Shown here piece after piece: positions 1 through 12,672 of a DNA stretch of 64,000 nt. Location of the stretch: the NCBI RefSeq assembly GCF_009914755.1, contig NC_060936.1; one strand, given 5' to 3'. Each line of letters begins with the position of its first letter. Within the stretch, counting starts at the first letter, position 1. The notes beneath the pieces are model-generated. The model was not told the origin of the DNA. It did no database searches and saw only the letters and a list, made by a program, of their open reading frames with translations. Both the position numbers and the translations under genes were made by a program. Origin of the DNA: the human T2T-CHM13v2.0 reference genome, Homo sapiens.

Positions 1-242
1 GCCTTTTCACACATGGAGACACAATGGTATATGTGCGTGCATATACATGTATTTATATATGTACCTATCATTATATAACATAAATGAAATATTGTAAATA
101 CTTTAATGCATATTTCATTTTATTTATTAGTCATAAGACTGATTTTTCTTTGTCCAGAATATTAATTTTTTTTTATAATTAAACTTTTACTATATCATTT
201 AGACTGAGAACAATATGGGTGAATTTGCTTCATTGTTTATGA

Positions 243-606
<364 letters not shown>

Positions 607-2056
607 TAATTTTGCTCTTGTTTAGTTTTATCCACTGTTGAAGATGAAAATAATGTCACAAAGTAACATAGATACAAATGAAACAAATGCACCATTTTCT
701 AGGCTTAATCAATCATAATATTTACTTTTAAATCCTATCCATTCATCTTACAGAGATTTATGTTGAAATTTGAGTAGCAAATTTCCGTCTGTATTAATGT
801 CAACCATTTATTCTCCCCAGTTCATCAGATGGTGTTGAGTTTTTATTCTATTAATAAGTGGCTTATAAACCTAGTAAAATCTTGGACTTGGAAGGTATTT
901 TAACACATTTGAAAATCTCTTTTTCACCTTTTAAAGTTTGCAAATACGAGAGATTTTAACAATAAAATCATATATGGACAGATATAGTTCCAAATATCCA
1001 TTTTACAAATGCCTTCTACATAGCATAAGTTCTTTTGAATAGGAGTTACTTTCTCACTCATTGCTAATTTATAATCTTTACCTCGAGGTTAGAGATTAAG
1101 TGTACTCATTCTTTCAACATCTGCTGAGCAACATATTTCTGAAAACCATTCATCACTGCAGAAAGGAGTAGCATATTTGCAATCTAGTCTTTTTTATAAA
1201 AGAAAACTGCATATTTCTTCATTAAATATTATGCTTATTTTAAATATTCTGCCATGAAATAGCTAGCAAACCTCTGTATTATATATGTAATTTGCATAGT
1301 CACCTTACTCTCATTATGAAGTGTTTTAAAAATCCTAATCAGTCATTTAAAAGAGAATGACTATATGCTGCATACACTCTTACACTTTGCCATACTAAAG
1401 TAAATGAAGGAGTAAGGGGGTCATGCGTATGGACTCTATCACATCATCTCTCAGGATACCAGCAGTGTCTCTGACCATGGGCAGTGTTGGGAATTGTGAG
1501 TAATGGAATTTAATATTTGAAATGCCAACTATTTCTAAATGTTTTAGGATAATCATAAACAGACATTTGAATAGTTTCTTGCCGAATCTCAGTAAATTGC
1601 TTTATGCACCCTCTTTGGGTACAATAGAAAACTGAAAGTCATCTAAGGCTTCTGAGGAGGAGAGTGGTAAGATTAGTTCGGTATTTTAGGGAGTCAACAC
1701 AGGTTTGGTTTGTTAGTCACCAAATATTTCTCAAGACCAATGGGATGGATTTTAGGAAAGGCAGATTAAGGTTAGGAGGCATGTAAGATAACACCGTCTG
1801 GAGACATTGAGGAACAGAACCAAGACATGGTTTATTTTGAGAGGCCTTACGGATATTGAATCAATAATTATGTAACAATAGGAGTAAAATGAGAATGAGG
1901 CTAGAAAGAGGGCTAGAAAGAGAGACAGAGAGAGAACAGAACACCTTGGAGGAAAATAACACTGTCAATGAAAAAGGAAATGAAGGATAAGGACAAGGGT
2001 TTTGGTACATTGGGGGCAGAAAAAGATGGTGAACCTGTTAACTATTTTTTTTTTGC

Positions 2057-2206
2057 CCTTCCCTCCCTCCCTCCCTTCCTCCCTCCCTCCCTTCCCTCCT
2101 TCCCTCCTTCCTTCCTTCCTTCCTTCCTTCCTTCCTTCCTTCCTTCCTTCCTTCCTTCCTTCCTTCCTTCTTTCTTCCCTCTCTCTCTCCCTTTCTGTCT
2201 GTCTTT
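2057..2206. repeat. (CCCT)n/(CCTT)n pyrimidine microsatellite, probably derived from the adjacent AluJ tail
   Basis: Visible tandem ccct/cctt units at the tail position of the minus-strand Alu starting ~2207. Confidence 0.95.
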
Positions 2207-2299
2207 CTGACAGGATCTGGTTCTATCACCCAAACTGGAGAACAGTGGTGCAATGATAGCTCACCGCAGCCTCAACCTCCTGGACTCAGGCAATCCTCC

Positions 2300-2766
2300 T
2301 GATAGAGGCAGGAGACAGCCAAATGCCTAGGCAGATAGCAGAAGGTCCCCAGAGAACTTCCAACTCACTCAGCTGGTTGTGCACAGGGGACTTGCCTAAA
2401 CATGCCCACGGTGAAAAATTCCATCCCTTAACACATGCACAGTAAAAGAAATAAGTCATTATGGAGTGGCTCAGACTGAGGGCCCACATGCTCACTGCAA
2501 GGACAGGGTGGAGCCACAAGGAATTCACACCTTATGCAGGGGAGAAGCCTGGCCTCTTCAGCTCCTGTGTGGTGGCCCTGGTATACAGTTGTGAGAGGAA
2601 AACCTACTTGAAGAACCCCTCTCTTTGCTGAGAGCCTTCCTTTCACTTAATAAATCCCACCCCACCCCCCAAATCACCCTTCAATGAGTCCACGTGCCTA
2701 ATTTTTCCTGATTGTGAGATAGGAAACTGGATTTAGCTGAACTAAGGAGCAAAAAATACTACACCA
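2300..2766 (+). mobile_element. ERV1 solo LTR, MER61-like
   Basis: TG...CA termini (tgatagaggcagg...aaaaatactacacca), 4-bp TSD CTCC (2296-2299/2767-2770), internal AATAAA at ~2649 and a p53 site typical of MER61. Confidence 0.8.
2388..2407. promoter_or_regulatory. Perfect p53 response element (two half-sites, no spacer)
   Basis: GGACTTGCCT AAACATGCCC matches RRRCWWGYYY twice, 20/20. Confidence 0.8.
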
Positions 2767-3623
2767 CTCCCATGTTAGCCTCCTGAGTAGCTAGGACTAC
2801 AGGCTCGTGCGACCACACATACCTAATTTTTGTATTATTATTATTATTATTTGTAGGGACAAAGTCTTACTATGTTGGCCAGGCTTGTTTCAAATTCCTG
2901 GCCTCATGTAATTCTCCTGCTTTAGCCTCCCAAAGTGCTGGGATTATTGGCGTGAGCCACCATGTTTGGCCCCTGTCAACTCTTGACAATGTTATCACTA
3001 GTCGTCTTCATTCCTGCAATAGCAAAAAACTTTTCATTTTGATTTGGACTTAAAATTAGAATTGTTTCAGTATTCTTTCCTAGGTTAAAGAAAAAATCAG
3101 TACAGTAACAATGTCTACCAATAAATTCTAGTTGCTCTTCCTTAGTCATTATTGTGCAATGTTATAGGTGATGATATTAATTAATTTTGTGGAAAAGCTT
3201 CAAGAGTCTTTTGACAAAAGAAAACAAGTATTTTATTCTAATGATGATAGTAATTTGTGACATCTGTATCCTTCTTTGTAATTAAAGGAATAAACATTAA
3301 CTCTAATTTCTAGCATCCCTCTTTTAATGGATGATTAGTATTGTAAATCTATCCCACACACAAAAAAACATACACTAGAGTTTCTTCATAGCTCAACGTC
3401 AATGATACTTTCTGGAAAATAATCACCCATCAGGGCTCCCTCCCCCAAGCATGCTGTAATATAGATTTTTAATAATGCTGTCTTGACCCAGTTTTGAGGC
3501 CCTGGCTAGAGGCCAGTCAGTTCATGTTCTTGAGCAGCTGATTGAGGCAACACTCCTAACCTTCTCTTTTACTGGGCTCTCATACTCTGAGTCACTATAT
3601 ACCCACCCTAATTGCCTCAGGAC

Positions 3624-4198
3624 CATAATGGTTAGTTTTAGGTGTCAACTTGACTTGGATAAAGAATTCCCAGAGAGCTAGTAACACACTAAGTCTGGGT
3701 GTGTCTGTGAGTGTTTCTGGAAGAGATTGGCAATTGAATAAATGGAATGAGTAAGGAAGATCCACCCCCTCACCAGTGTGGATGGCCATCCTCTAATCCC
3801 TTGAAGGGCCAAATAGAAGAAAAAAGAGAGCAGAGGCTAATTTCATCTCTATTCTGGAGCTAGAGTGCTCATCTTCTTCTACCCTCTGACATGAGAATTC
3901 TAGATTCTCCAGCCCTTGGATTCTGGGACTTATACAAGCAGCAAACACCATTTCAGTTCTTAGACCTTCAGCCTTGAGTTGAGAATTATACCATCAACTT
4001 CCCTGGTTTTCACACTTTGGGTCTGGGACTGAATTACACCCCTGGCTTCTCTGGTTGTCCAAATTACAGATGGCAGATTCCAAGACTTCTCAGCCTCCAT
4101 AGTTGTGTGAGACAATTTCCATAATAAAGCCCTTCTTATATATCTATACTTATATATACCCTATTGGTTCTGTTTCTTTGGGTAAGGCTGACTAATAC
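3624..4198 (+). mobile_element. MLT2 (ERVL) LTR
   Basis: Starts atggttagttttaggtgtcaacttgact and ends cctattggttctgtttct...ctgactaataca. Confidence 0.85.
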
Positions 4199-4255
4199 AC
4201 AAGGACAAACTCAATGTCCCAGAGCCCACTGAACATTTAAAAATAAGCCAATTTT

Positions 4256-4561
4256 GGCCGGGCATAGTGGCTCACGCCTGTAATCCCAGCACTCTGGCAG
4301 GCTGAGGCAGGTGGATCACGAGGTCAGGAGATCGAGACCATCCTGGCTAACACGGTGACACCCCATCTCTACTAAAAATACAAAAATAAATTAGCTGGGC
4401 ATGGTGGCAGTCACCTGTAGTCCCACCTACTCGGGAGGCTGAGGCAGGAGAAAGCGTGAACCCGGGAGGCGGAGCTTGCGGTGAGCCAAGATAGCTCCAC
4501 TGGACTCCAGCCTGGGCGGCAGAGTGAGACTCCATCTCAAAAAAAAAAAAAAAAAAAAAAA
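4256..4561 (+). mobile_element. AluY, full length
   Basis: ggccgggc...gagatcgagaccatcctggctaacacggtga...A-tail. TSD core aaaataagcc on both sides. Confidence 0.95.
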
Positions 4562-4769
4562 TAAGCCGATGCTAATCTTGCTTGCCCTCCTTCCCCTTTT
4601 GTTCCTGCAGAAACCACAAAAAAATAAAAGGGACTTGCTTACGATTCCCTCCCACTTTCTGCCTGTTGACTAGCTCTGGCTTCAGCATCTCTCATCCAAG
4701 GTAATATGATTAAAACACAGCCTAGTCTAGTCTGTGTGGTCCTCCTCAACCTGAGCACCATAGGACACC

Positions 4770-4925
4770 TCTATCAAAGCACTTGTCATGTCGGCTTGCA
4801 ATTTTCTGTTCAATTGTATTTTGTTCCACTAGACAGTGAACTCCAGAAAAAAAAGCTTTTCTTTGTCTCTCTAATTCTCATTTCTAGCATTATTCCTGGC
4901 ATTCTGTTAAGTGCTCAATAAAGGT
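4770..4925 (+). mobile_element. L2 3' end fragment
   Basis: ccactagacagtgaactcc...cctggca...gtgctcaataaa. Confidence 0.6.
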
Positions 4926-5139
4926 AATAGAAATCTTTGAAATCAAACCTTGGCCAAGTAAATAGACAATGCTTTAGGTATAAAAGAGTAGCACAAAGCT
5001 ATTCTCTGATTCTTATGCTATATAGTTCCCCTATTGATAACATTGAACATTATTTTGGGCAAAAAACAAAAGAAAATACCAATCATATTTCTCTTTAAGT
5101 CCATAATTTTAAAGTATATAATCCTTAAAGTACTATCTT

Positions 5140-5490
5140 TGATATGTTTTGGCTGTGTCCCCACCCAAATCTCATCTTGAATTGTAGCTGTCATAATTCC
5201 CATGTATTGCAGGAGAGGGACAATTGAATAACGGGGGCAGTTTCCCCCATACTGTTCTCATGGTAGTGAATAAGTCTCACGAGATCTGATGGTTTTATAA
5301 GGGGTTTCCCCTTTCACTTGGCTCTCATTCTCTCTTGCCTGCTGCCATGTAAGCTGTGCTTTTTGCCTTCTACCATGATTGTGAGGCTTCCCCAGCCATG
5401 TGGAACTGTGAGTCCATTAAAACTTTTTTCTTTATAAATTACCCAGTCTTGGGTATGTCTTTATCAGCAGCATGAAAACAGACTAATAGA
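5140..5490 (+). mobile_element. THE1 (MaLR) solo LTR
   Basis: tgatatgttttggctgtgtccccacccaaatctcatcttgaattg...gactaataga. 5-bp TSD atctt/aactt. Confidence 0.92.
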
Positions 5491-5599
5491 AACTTCCTCA
5501 TTAGCATCAAAATTTGCTTAGAATTATGGCATTTAGAAAATGAAGCAAATTATCCCACCCCTTATTAGTCATTACCTTTCATTGTAATGGATAGGGGAT

Positions 5600-5999
5600 G
5601 GATGGTATAGAGCTTTTCCCCTGAAACCCCTCTCACTGGTGAGCGATTCATTCTCTCAGCAGCCTAGAGTGTTGATTATTGACAGGTAGTTCCCAGCTGA
5701 GACCCCTTTTGGAACTGACCTTAGCCAAAAGGAACCATCTCTCATAAGGGGATGTCCACTTTTGGGGACAGCCTGCTTCCAGTGACTGTTTAGTGTGGAA
5801 ACATCTCTTTCTCACCACTCAGTGAGATTGACTGAAGTCTCTGTGGCAACTCCTCACGGTTCAACTTCTTACTCTGCCTAATCCTGCTTCCCTCACTCCT
5901 TGGCAGGTATTGTTCCTGACTCCCCCCGCCATGAACTCCTGCATGCACATGTCTGTCTCAGAGTCTTGATATGTTTCCCAGGAAAACCAACTTAAGGCA
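5600..5999 (+). mobile_element. Old ERVL LTR (LTR16-like)
   Basis: 3' end ctgtctcagagtc...tttcccaggaaaaccaacttaaggca, preceded by cctaatcctgcttccctcactc. Confidence 0.55.
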
Positions 6000-7529
6000 T
6001 TCATTTATGAAATACAGAGATGCACAGTTAATTTTAAATGTGAAATTAACATTGAAATAAACTGCTTGCCCCAATGTATTGATTGACTTCACACTTTTGT
6101 GGAAAACTAGATTTTGTAATTTGTATTGACAAAGAATAGACAAATCAGGTATTATAAGGAGATTGATTTTTTTTATTTCCCTTTTTCTCACATTACCCCA
6201 ATTTTGTTGGCATTTCATAAAAGTTATTTAGAATAATTAATTATGCCTTTTCAAGAGAAAATTTTTTATATTAGTTACTTTATGCAGCATAAGAAACTTT
6301 AAAAAATGTGCCATATTTTCTTTTGAAAAAATTCCAAACATTTTTTAATTTATAGAAAACATTCCAAATAATTGAAAATGTATTTTTTTCTCTTTTGAAA
6401 CAGGCAGAAAAACAAATATCTAATGATGCTTATAAAACGTTTGCAATCTAAGAGTACTGAATGAAAAAAACATTCCCAGAAATATTTTTAGCTCTTAATG
6501 AGAGCCCCATATTACTAAATAGTGATTGTAATAGTATTATCTAATGTTGTTCCAGTTTCCCTGTGACTATTTTAATCATGCTTAAGTATACATCATTTCC
6601 TAAGGAAATCACATACATACACGGTTTCTTTTTCATCTGTTTCAACTCAACTCATCCTTACTTCTAAAGTTTGCAATGTCAGTGTGATCAGCAACAACAA
6701 AAATTGGAGAATTATTTTGAGTAAACTGAAACTCCATTAACATCAAATGGACTTTTACCCCCCCATCTATCTCTGTTCTTATTTAATATGCCCACAAAAT
6801 TATTGAAAAATGATCAAGAAAAGACAGTGGTAGGAGGTGGAAGAAGTCTCCCCCTCCTTTTTTTTCTAATAATAGGTAATTAGGGAAAGGATATTCTAGA
6901 GTATCTGAGATAAACTAAGCAGGTGGAAAGGAAAGAAGATAAGTAAAATGGCATCACCTTATTTTGAGAACTGAAATAGTTCAAATTTACTATTTCTTGC
7001 CAGACACATTTTTGTTTGCTTAAGGTAAAGCTAAGCTAGTGTTGTGTCATTTTTGTAGATGACAGAACAGTACAGGTATTAGGTCATCCTAGTTGGAAAT
7101 CAGATCTCTTTATCTGATTAGAATACATTTTATAAAAAAAGAAGAATAGGCAAAATAACTTATAGGTGATATAATGTCACTCACCTGACTGCAATGTATT
7201 AAAGATAATTTTATTTCTGCTTTCTACCTCCTCTGTGCTTTAGGGCTTACAAAATAGATGACATTTTTGAACTTGCTTGTTTCAAGTCTAGTACAAGCAG
7301 CCAGCTTTCTGAATTTTGACCAAGAGGTAGAACAAAATGGTCACCATTATAATCAAAGTAGCTATCAGTCATTCTCCTTGAGCTTCATTCTTTGTTGTGT
7401 TGGGCCTCTTTAATAATGCCATCTATTATTTCATGAATCCTGGCACAGGATGGACTGGTGTGTATTCATTCCCTGGTTCTCCTGAGATTTCAGCTAATTT
7501 TATTCTAGTGAGGATTTCAGTATATCCAT

Positions 7530-7742
7530 GTAGCATAGTGGTTAACATTTATGGTCCCAGGATTGGATATGGGTTTAAAGGTCAACTCTCTCACTGCAAT
7601 CTTGGCAAGTGTGTTAATCTATCTAAACTTGAATTTCTTCTTCTCCAACATTGGAATAATTATTGCATCACCCTTATAGTGCTATTGTGAGGAATAAATG
7701 AGGATCACGCATAGAGCACACTTGGCCCAGTGTCTGGCATCA
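7530..7742 (+). mobile_element. MIR
   Basis: gtagcatagtggttaa...cttggcaagt...ttgtgaggaataaatgag...cagtgtctggca. Confidence 0.75.
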
Positions 7743-7937
7743 GATTCTCAATCTACTTTGACCCCAGCTGGGGAAGACAGGTGTTTTTTAGCACTGGGCT
7801 CAGCAACCTCCTATTTGGTGTCTTGGCTGAGAGAATCAAGTATATAAAAAAGGAATAAAGAGAGAGGTCAAAATAGTACCTATATTAATTATAGAAATCA
7901 GGCTGGAAGGCATATGTAAAAGTCAAATAAACATTCT

Positions 7938-8774
7938 TTTATATATATATATATTTTATTATACTTTAAGTTCTAGGGTACATGTGCACAACATGCAGGT
8001 TTGTTACCTATGTATACATGTTCCATGTCAACAAGTGGGTGAACAAACACTTCTCAAAAGAAGACATTTATGCAGTCAACAGACACATGAAAAAATGCTG
8101 ATCATCACTGGCCATCAGAGAAATGCAAATCAAAACCACAATGAGATACCATCTCACAACAGTTAGAATGGTGATCATTAAAAAGTCAGGAAACAACAGG
8201 CGCTGGAGAGGATGTGGAGAAATAGGAACACTTTTACACTGTTGGTGGGACTGTAAACTAGTTCAACCATTGTGGAAGACTGCATGGCGATTCCTCAGGG
8301 ATCCAGAACTAGAAATACCATTTGACCCAGCCATCGCATTACTGAGGACATACCCAAAGGATTATAAATCATGCTGCTATAAAGACAATGCACACATATG
8401 TTTACTGCAGCACTATTCACAATAGCAAAGACTTGGAACCAACTCAAATGTCCATCAATGATAGACTGAATTAAGAAAATGTGGCACATATACACCATGG
8501 AATACTATGCAGCCATAAAAAAGGATGAGTTCATGTCCTTTGTAGGGACATGGACGAAGCTGGCAACCATCATTCTCAGCAAACTATCACAAGGACAAAA
8601 ACCAAACACTGCATGTTCTCACTCATAGGTGAGAATTGAACAACGAGAACACTTGGACACCGGAAGGGCAACATCACACACCAGGGCCTGTTGTGGGGTG
8701 GGGGGAGAGGGGAGGGATAGTATTAGGAGATATACCTAATGTAAATGACAAGTTAATGGGTGCAGCACACCAAC
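7938..8774 (-). mobile_element. L1PA (about PA4-6), 5'-truncated with 5' inversion: 7938-8028 minus-strand 3' end, 8029-8774 inverted
   Basis: 19-bp TSD aaagtcaaataaacattct at 7919-7937 and 8775-8793. ORF2 C-terminal peptide [12 protein letters not shown]... in the ORF track. Confidence 0.95.
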
Positions 8775-9314
8775 AAAGTCAAATAAACATTCTAAGGAAA
8801 CTCCAGAATGAGGCAGATTTATCTATACGGCCTCAGGCTATCCTAGTGGTCTCAGCAGAGTGGTCACTTGCTGTCTACCTGGAGCTCAGACCTCAGAGAA
8901 AGAGGGTGGATCTGGGTGTCTCAATGATTCTTTCCAAGTCAGCAATCTCAGAAGTGACTCTCCCTTCCCAGGCATTACATTCATCAGCTCCCTTCACAGA
9001 AAGGAAGCATCAGACTTTGGAGGAAGCAACATGGATGAAGCGCTCAATAGATAACTTCTATTATTATGAACTGATGGTGATGTATTTCTCTCTTTACGTG
9101 GCCTAAAACATTAACCATCTATGGGAATTACTTGCCCTCCCATCTTTGTTTTTTCTAAAGTGAATATAATTATGTTTAACAGAAGTCAAATGTAAATTTA
9201 AAATACACACACAAATATGCATGAGAGAAAAAAATGACTCAGAAAAATTAAACTGTAAAAAATAAATTTACCTTAATATACCCAAAGTACACATAATATA
9301 GGATTAAGAATTCC

Positions 9315-9636
<322 letters not shown>

Positions 9637-10289
9637 CTATTATGGTTAAAATAATAAACTGTAGACATGAATAAAGGACAACACAGTTAAAAAGAATACA
9701 TTTTACATTTTAAATCTCTGATGATGTATCTAGACAGATAAATTAGAACTTGATTTGAAACAAAGACGCTAATATGTGCTATATATTAATTTGAAAATGT
9801 AAATTTCATTCATAAATGTGATATTGCTTGATGCTGTAAATATCTCTATTTGATTATCAACATATAGTCTAGGAGATAAACTGTATGCTTATTAGTTTGT
9901 GACATTCATGGATATTTTCTTCACTCCTCTCTATGCCCTATATACCATGTTAATACCTTTCTCTTCCTTATTGTCACTATTCATAGATAAGGAGTACATG
10001 CTAATGGGAATAGTATTTTAAAGTATTCTAAAATTTTGTTTCTATAACGGAGGAAGTAGCCTCTGGGAGACAAAAACACATGCAAAGCAGAAAAAATTTA
10101 CCAAATATCAGCTGATGAAAACGTAACGATTTTCTCAAACTAAAGTTTGTTCAAATTTAACTCATTAGAGACTCATGGAATTCAAGAACAGGATATATGA
10201 ACAATTGATTTTGAGAATTATATGAAAAGAAACTATGAATTATTTCACCAAATTTTTAAAACTGTAGGTAAACAATATCTGTGATACTA

Positions 10290-10412
10290 TATTCTATTAA
10301 GTTGTATACATGAGTCTCTCCCATAGATGAAGCCATCTCAAGGACGAGAGACTATCTTTCACTCTTGCATAGTGTCTGCCACATGGTAATTTCACAGATT
10401 TTTGTTGAATGC
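10290..10412 (+). mobile_element. L2 3' end fragment
   Basis: gcatagtgtctgccacatggta...tttttgttgaatg. Confidence 0.55.
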
Positions 10413-12439
10413 ATATTTGCTGGAGATACTAGGTATTGGTTAAATGAATAACCTCAGGTTGAGAACATTTGTGTCAGTAGAGAGACATTTTTTTTCTGAT
10501 TTATTAATGGTTATTTATCCATTAGACATTATTGATATATAATAATATATATGTTTGAAGACATGTCCTTCAAGCAGTCTTTTAAATACCATTAAAAAAA
10601 ATCCTACCTAAGTCCTATAGTCCTATGCGTATGGTACATCAGCTTTGATACCTCAGAAAAGTACATTCATTTTTTTTCATTAATTTTCAAGATAGCCCTC
10701 TGGATTTCACTCAAATTCAGGTAATTTGAAGGAGGAGAGATTTGAAAAACCTATCAAATATAATGATGGAGTGCAGTAGTCCTCCCAGTAATGGGATTGG
10801 TTCAGTGGCTATTTTTGAAATGTGCCTACATTAATGTACAATGCTTGAGTTCTTCAAGTACTTAAAGATATTTGCTTTTTATGAACATTGTTGAAATTTT
10901 TGACACGTTTTATATCAGACGAGTACAAAGTTATTGACTAAAAGCCAGAAAGATGTGAGATTCTAATTATGATCCAAAGTCACTCTATATGCATTTAAAT
11001 GGATGCCGTGACCCTTCCTCTATTGCTTACTACAGTTGTTTTCCCAAGTTCCCCCTGAAAAATAGTGCTGTCGGACCCAAGCTTTGCCAACTTCTCTTGC
11101 AAAATGGGAAAAGGCTTCAGTTGCAAATTGTGATTATTTCATGATGTGTTCACTAATGTTTTAGTGTCATATGATGATGATTTCATGATGTTATAACAAT
11201 ATTTCCAGTTCCAACTTAAGTGTTTATTATCTGACACAAATCTCAGGACATACCGTAACACTAATGGCTTTTGCAATGACAACATGGTGTGCACAATAGT
11301 CCATATTGGAAGAGGTATTCGAAAATAGCTTTACATTTTTTCTGTTCTTAAATTTCTGACTTTCCCCTTCTCTTCTCTTTTCTTTGTTTTTATGTTGTGT
11401 TTGTTGGCCCAAGTTACAGTTATAAGCTTGAAAGGAAGCTTGCTTCCTGATGGGACCACGCCTAATTCATTTAAATGAGAGACCTACTGATACTATTTTT
11501 AAATACCCTTCAGATCCTCAGGAGAGAGTTCATAATTATATATTTTTTAATCACAGAAGCTATTTGACATAAGACACATTATCTTCATATGCCTTTCTTT
11601 TCATTCCCATATGGCCTGGAAAATTTGATACAGTATGAGAACTTTTAGCTAATATCAGCATGTATTCCTGATAGAATGCTGCTTTTTTCTATATGGAGCT
11701 TATAGCTTTTTAAGTTTTGAAACCAACTTCACTTGTGCAAATATTAAGTTATTAGAATTCAGGGAGAATTAGAAGGAAGTTTTAAATTACTCTAGAAACA
11801 AAAGAGGTTCTAGAAACAAATAAGCTCAAGTACCCTATTTCATATTTAATGCTATGGTTGAGTCATTAAACATATAGAGAGAAGAAAAAAACTGGAGAAT
11901 TCTAAAATCAACAATTGTAAGGAAGTTTTGGTGACTTGTCCAAAAGGTTAATGATTTTCACAAGTAGAATATCTCTTAACATAAAAAGGTATAGATTTGA
12001 AGGGTAGTGAAATATCTCCTGGGTGAGAATTGCTCTGCAACGCATCCCGATTCTGGAGTTTCTCATGTTACTCAGCCCATGAGATTAAGGCCCTGGTGAT
12101 TTCTAATAAAACATACATGAGACAGGAAAGGATACATATCAAGTAGTTATGAGTCATTTATACCATTTTCTTTTATTTATTTATCAGATTAGCTAGTCAG
12201 TCTGCACAGAAAGAGCAAAACAGGCAATTTTCCGTGAGGAGAGAAAGAATTCACAGCATAGTTGAGTAGTCAGTTCTTAAGCTCTTTCCATTATGCTCTT
12301 TCTATCCAACATATTGGTGGGTAATGTTCAAAACCAAACACACTCCTGTGTGCACAACCATGGTTATGTGCAGTTCCTTGTATTTTAGCAGTGACTCCAC
12401 CTCTTCCTTGAAAATGTGGCACAATATAGCATTTCTGAT

Positions 12440-12672
12440 CCAGTCTCAGGAATTAGATGACTTAGGCTCAAATCTCAGCTCTGCCATTAACTAGCTTTGA
12501 GTTCTTGGATAAATCACTAATCTGTGTAGGTTGTAGATTCCTTATGGATAACTAGGCATAGTACTTGCACCTCCCCCATTCATTTATGGAGAGAATTAAA
12601 TGAGTTAATCCATGTAACACACATAACACAATTCAGTAAGCACTTCACCAGTAGTTGCTATTATTATTATCC
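12440..12672 (+). mobile_element. MIR
   Basis: ctcaaatctcagctctgccattaactagct...gagaattaaatgagttaat...tgctattattatt. Confidence 0.8.

Larger units (their letters stand above)
2207..2971 (-). mobile_element. AluJ split by an LTR (pieces 2207-2299 and 2767-2971)
   Basis: tgacaggatctgg...gatagctcaccgcagcctcaacctcctggactcaggcaatcctcc resumes as catgttagcctcctgagtagctaggactacagg...gagccaccatgtttggcc. Confidence 0.9.
3455..4710 (+). mobile_element. Old ERVL-class LTR (MER74-like) interrupted by MLT2 and AluY
   Basis: ttttgaggccctggctagaggccagtcagttc...gagcagctgatt resumes at ~4199 (cccagagcccactgaa) and ~4570 (gctaatcttgcttgcc...gaaaccacaa...aataaaag). Confidence 0.55.

Noticed and set aside
1968-2256. 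PSFL/EGRK-repeat ORFs, and the RE-repeat ORF at 15462-15683
   Set aside because: Translations of microsatellites.
6380-6460. Good splice acceptor tttttctcttttgaaacag at ~6403
   Set aside because: No open coding frame or convincing donor follows, so an isolated site is not evidence of an exon.
8123-8425. ORF with L1 ORF2 C-terminal similarity (also 32427-32612 and 32926-33114)
   Set aside because: Truncated, inverted L1 remnants that cannot encode a functional protein.
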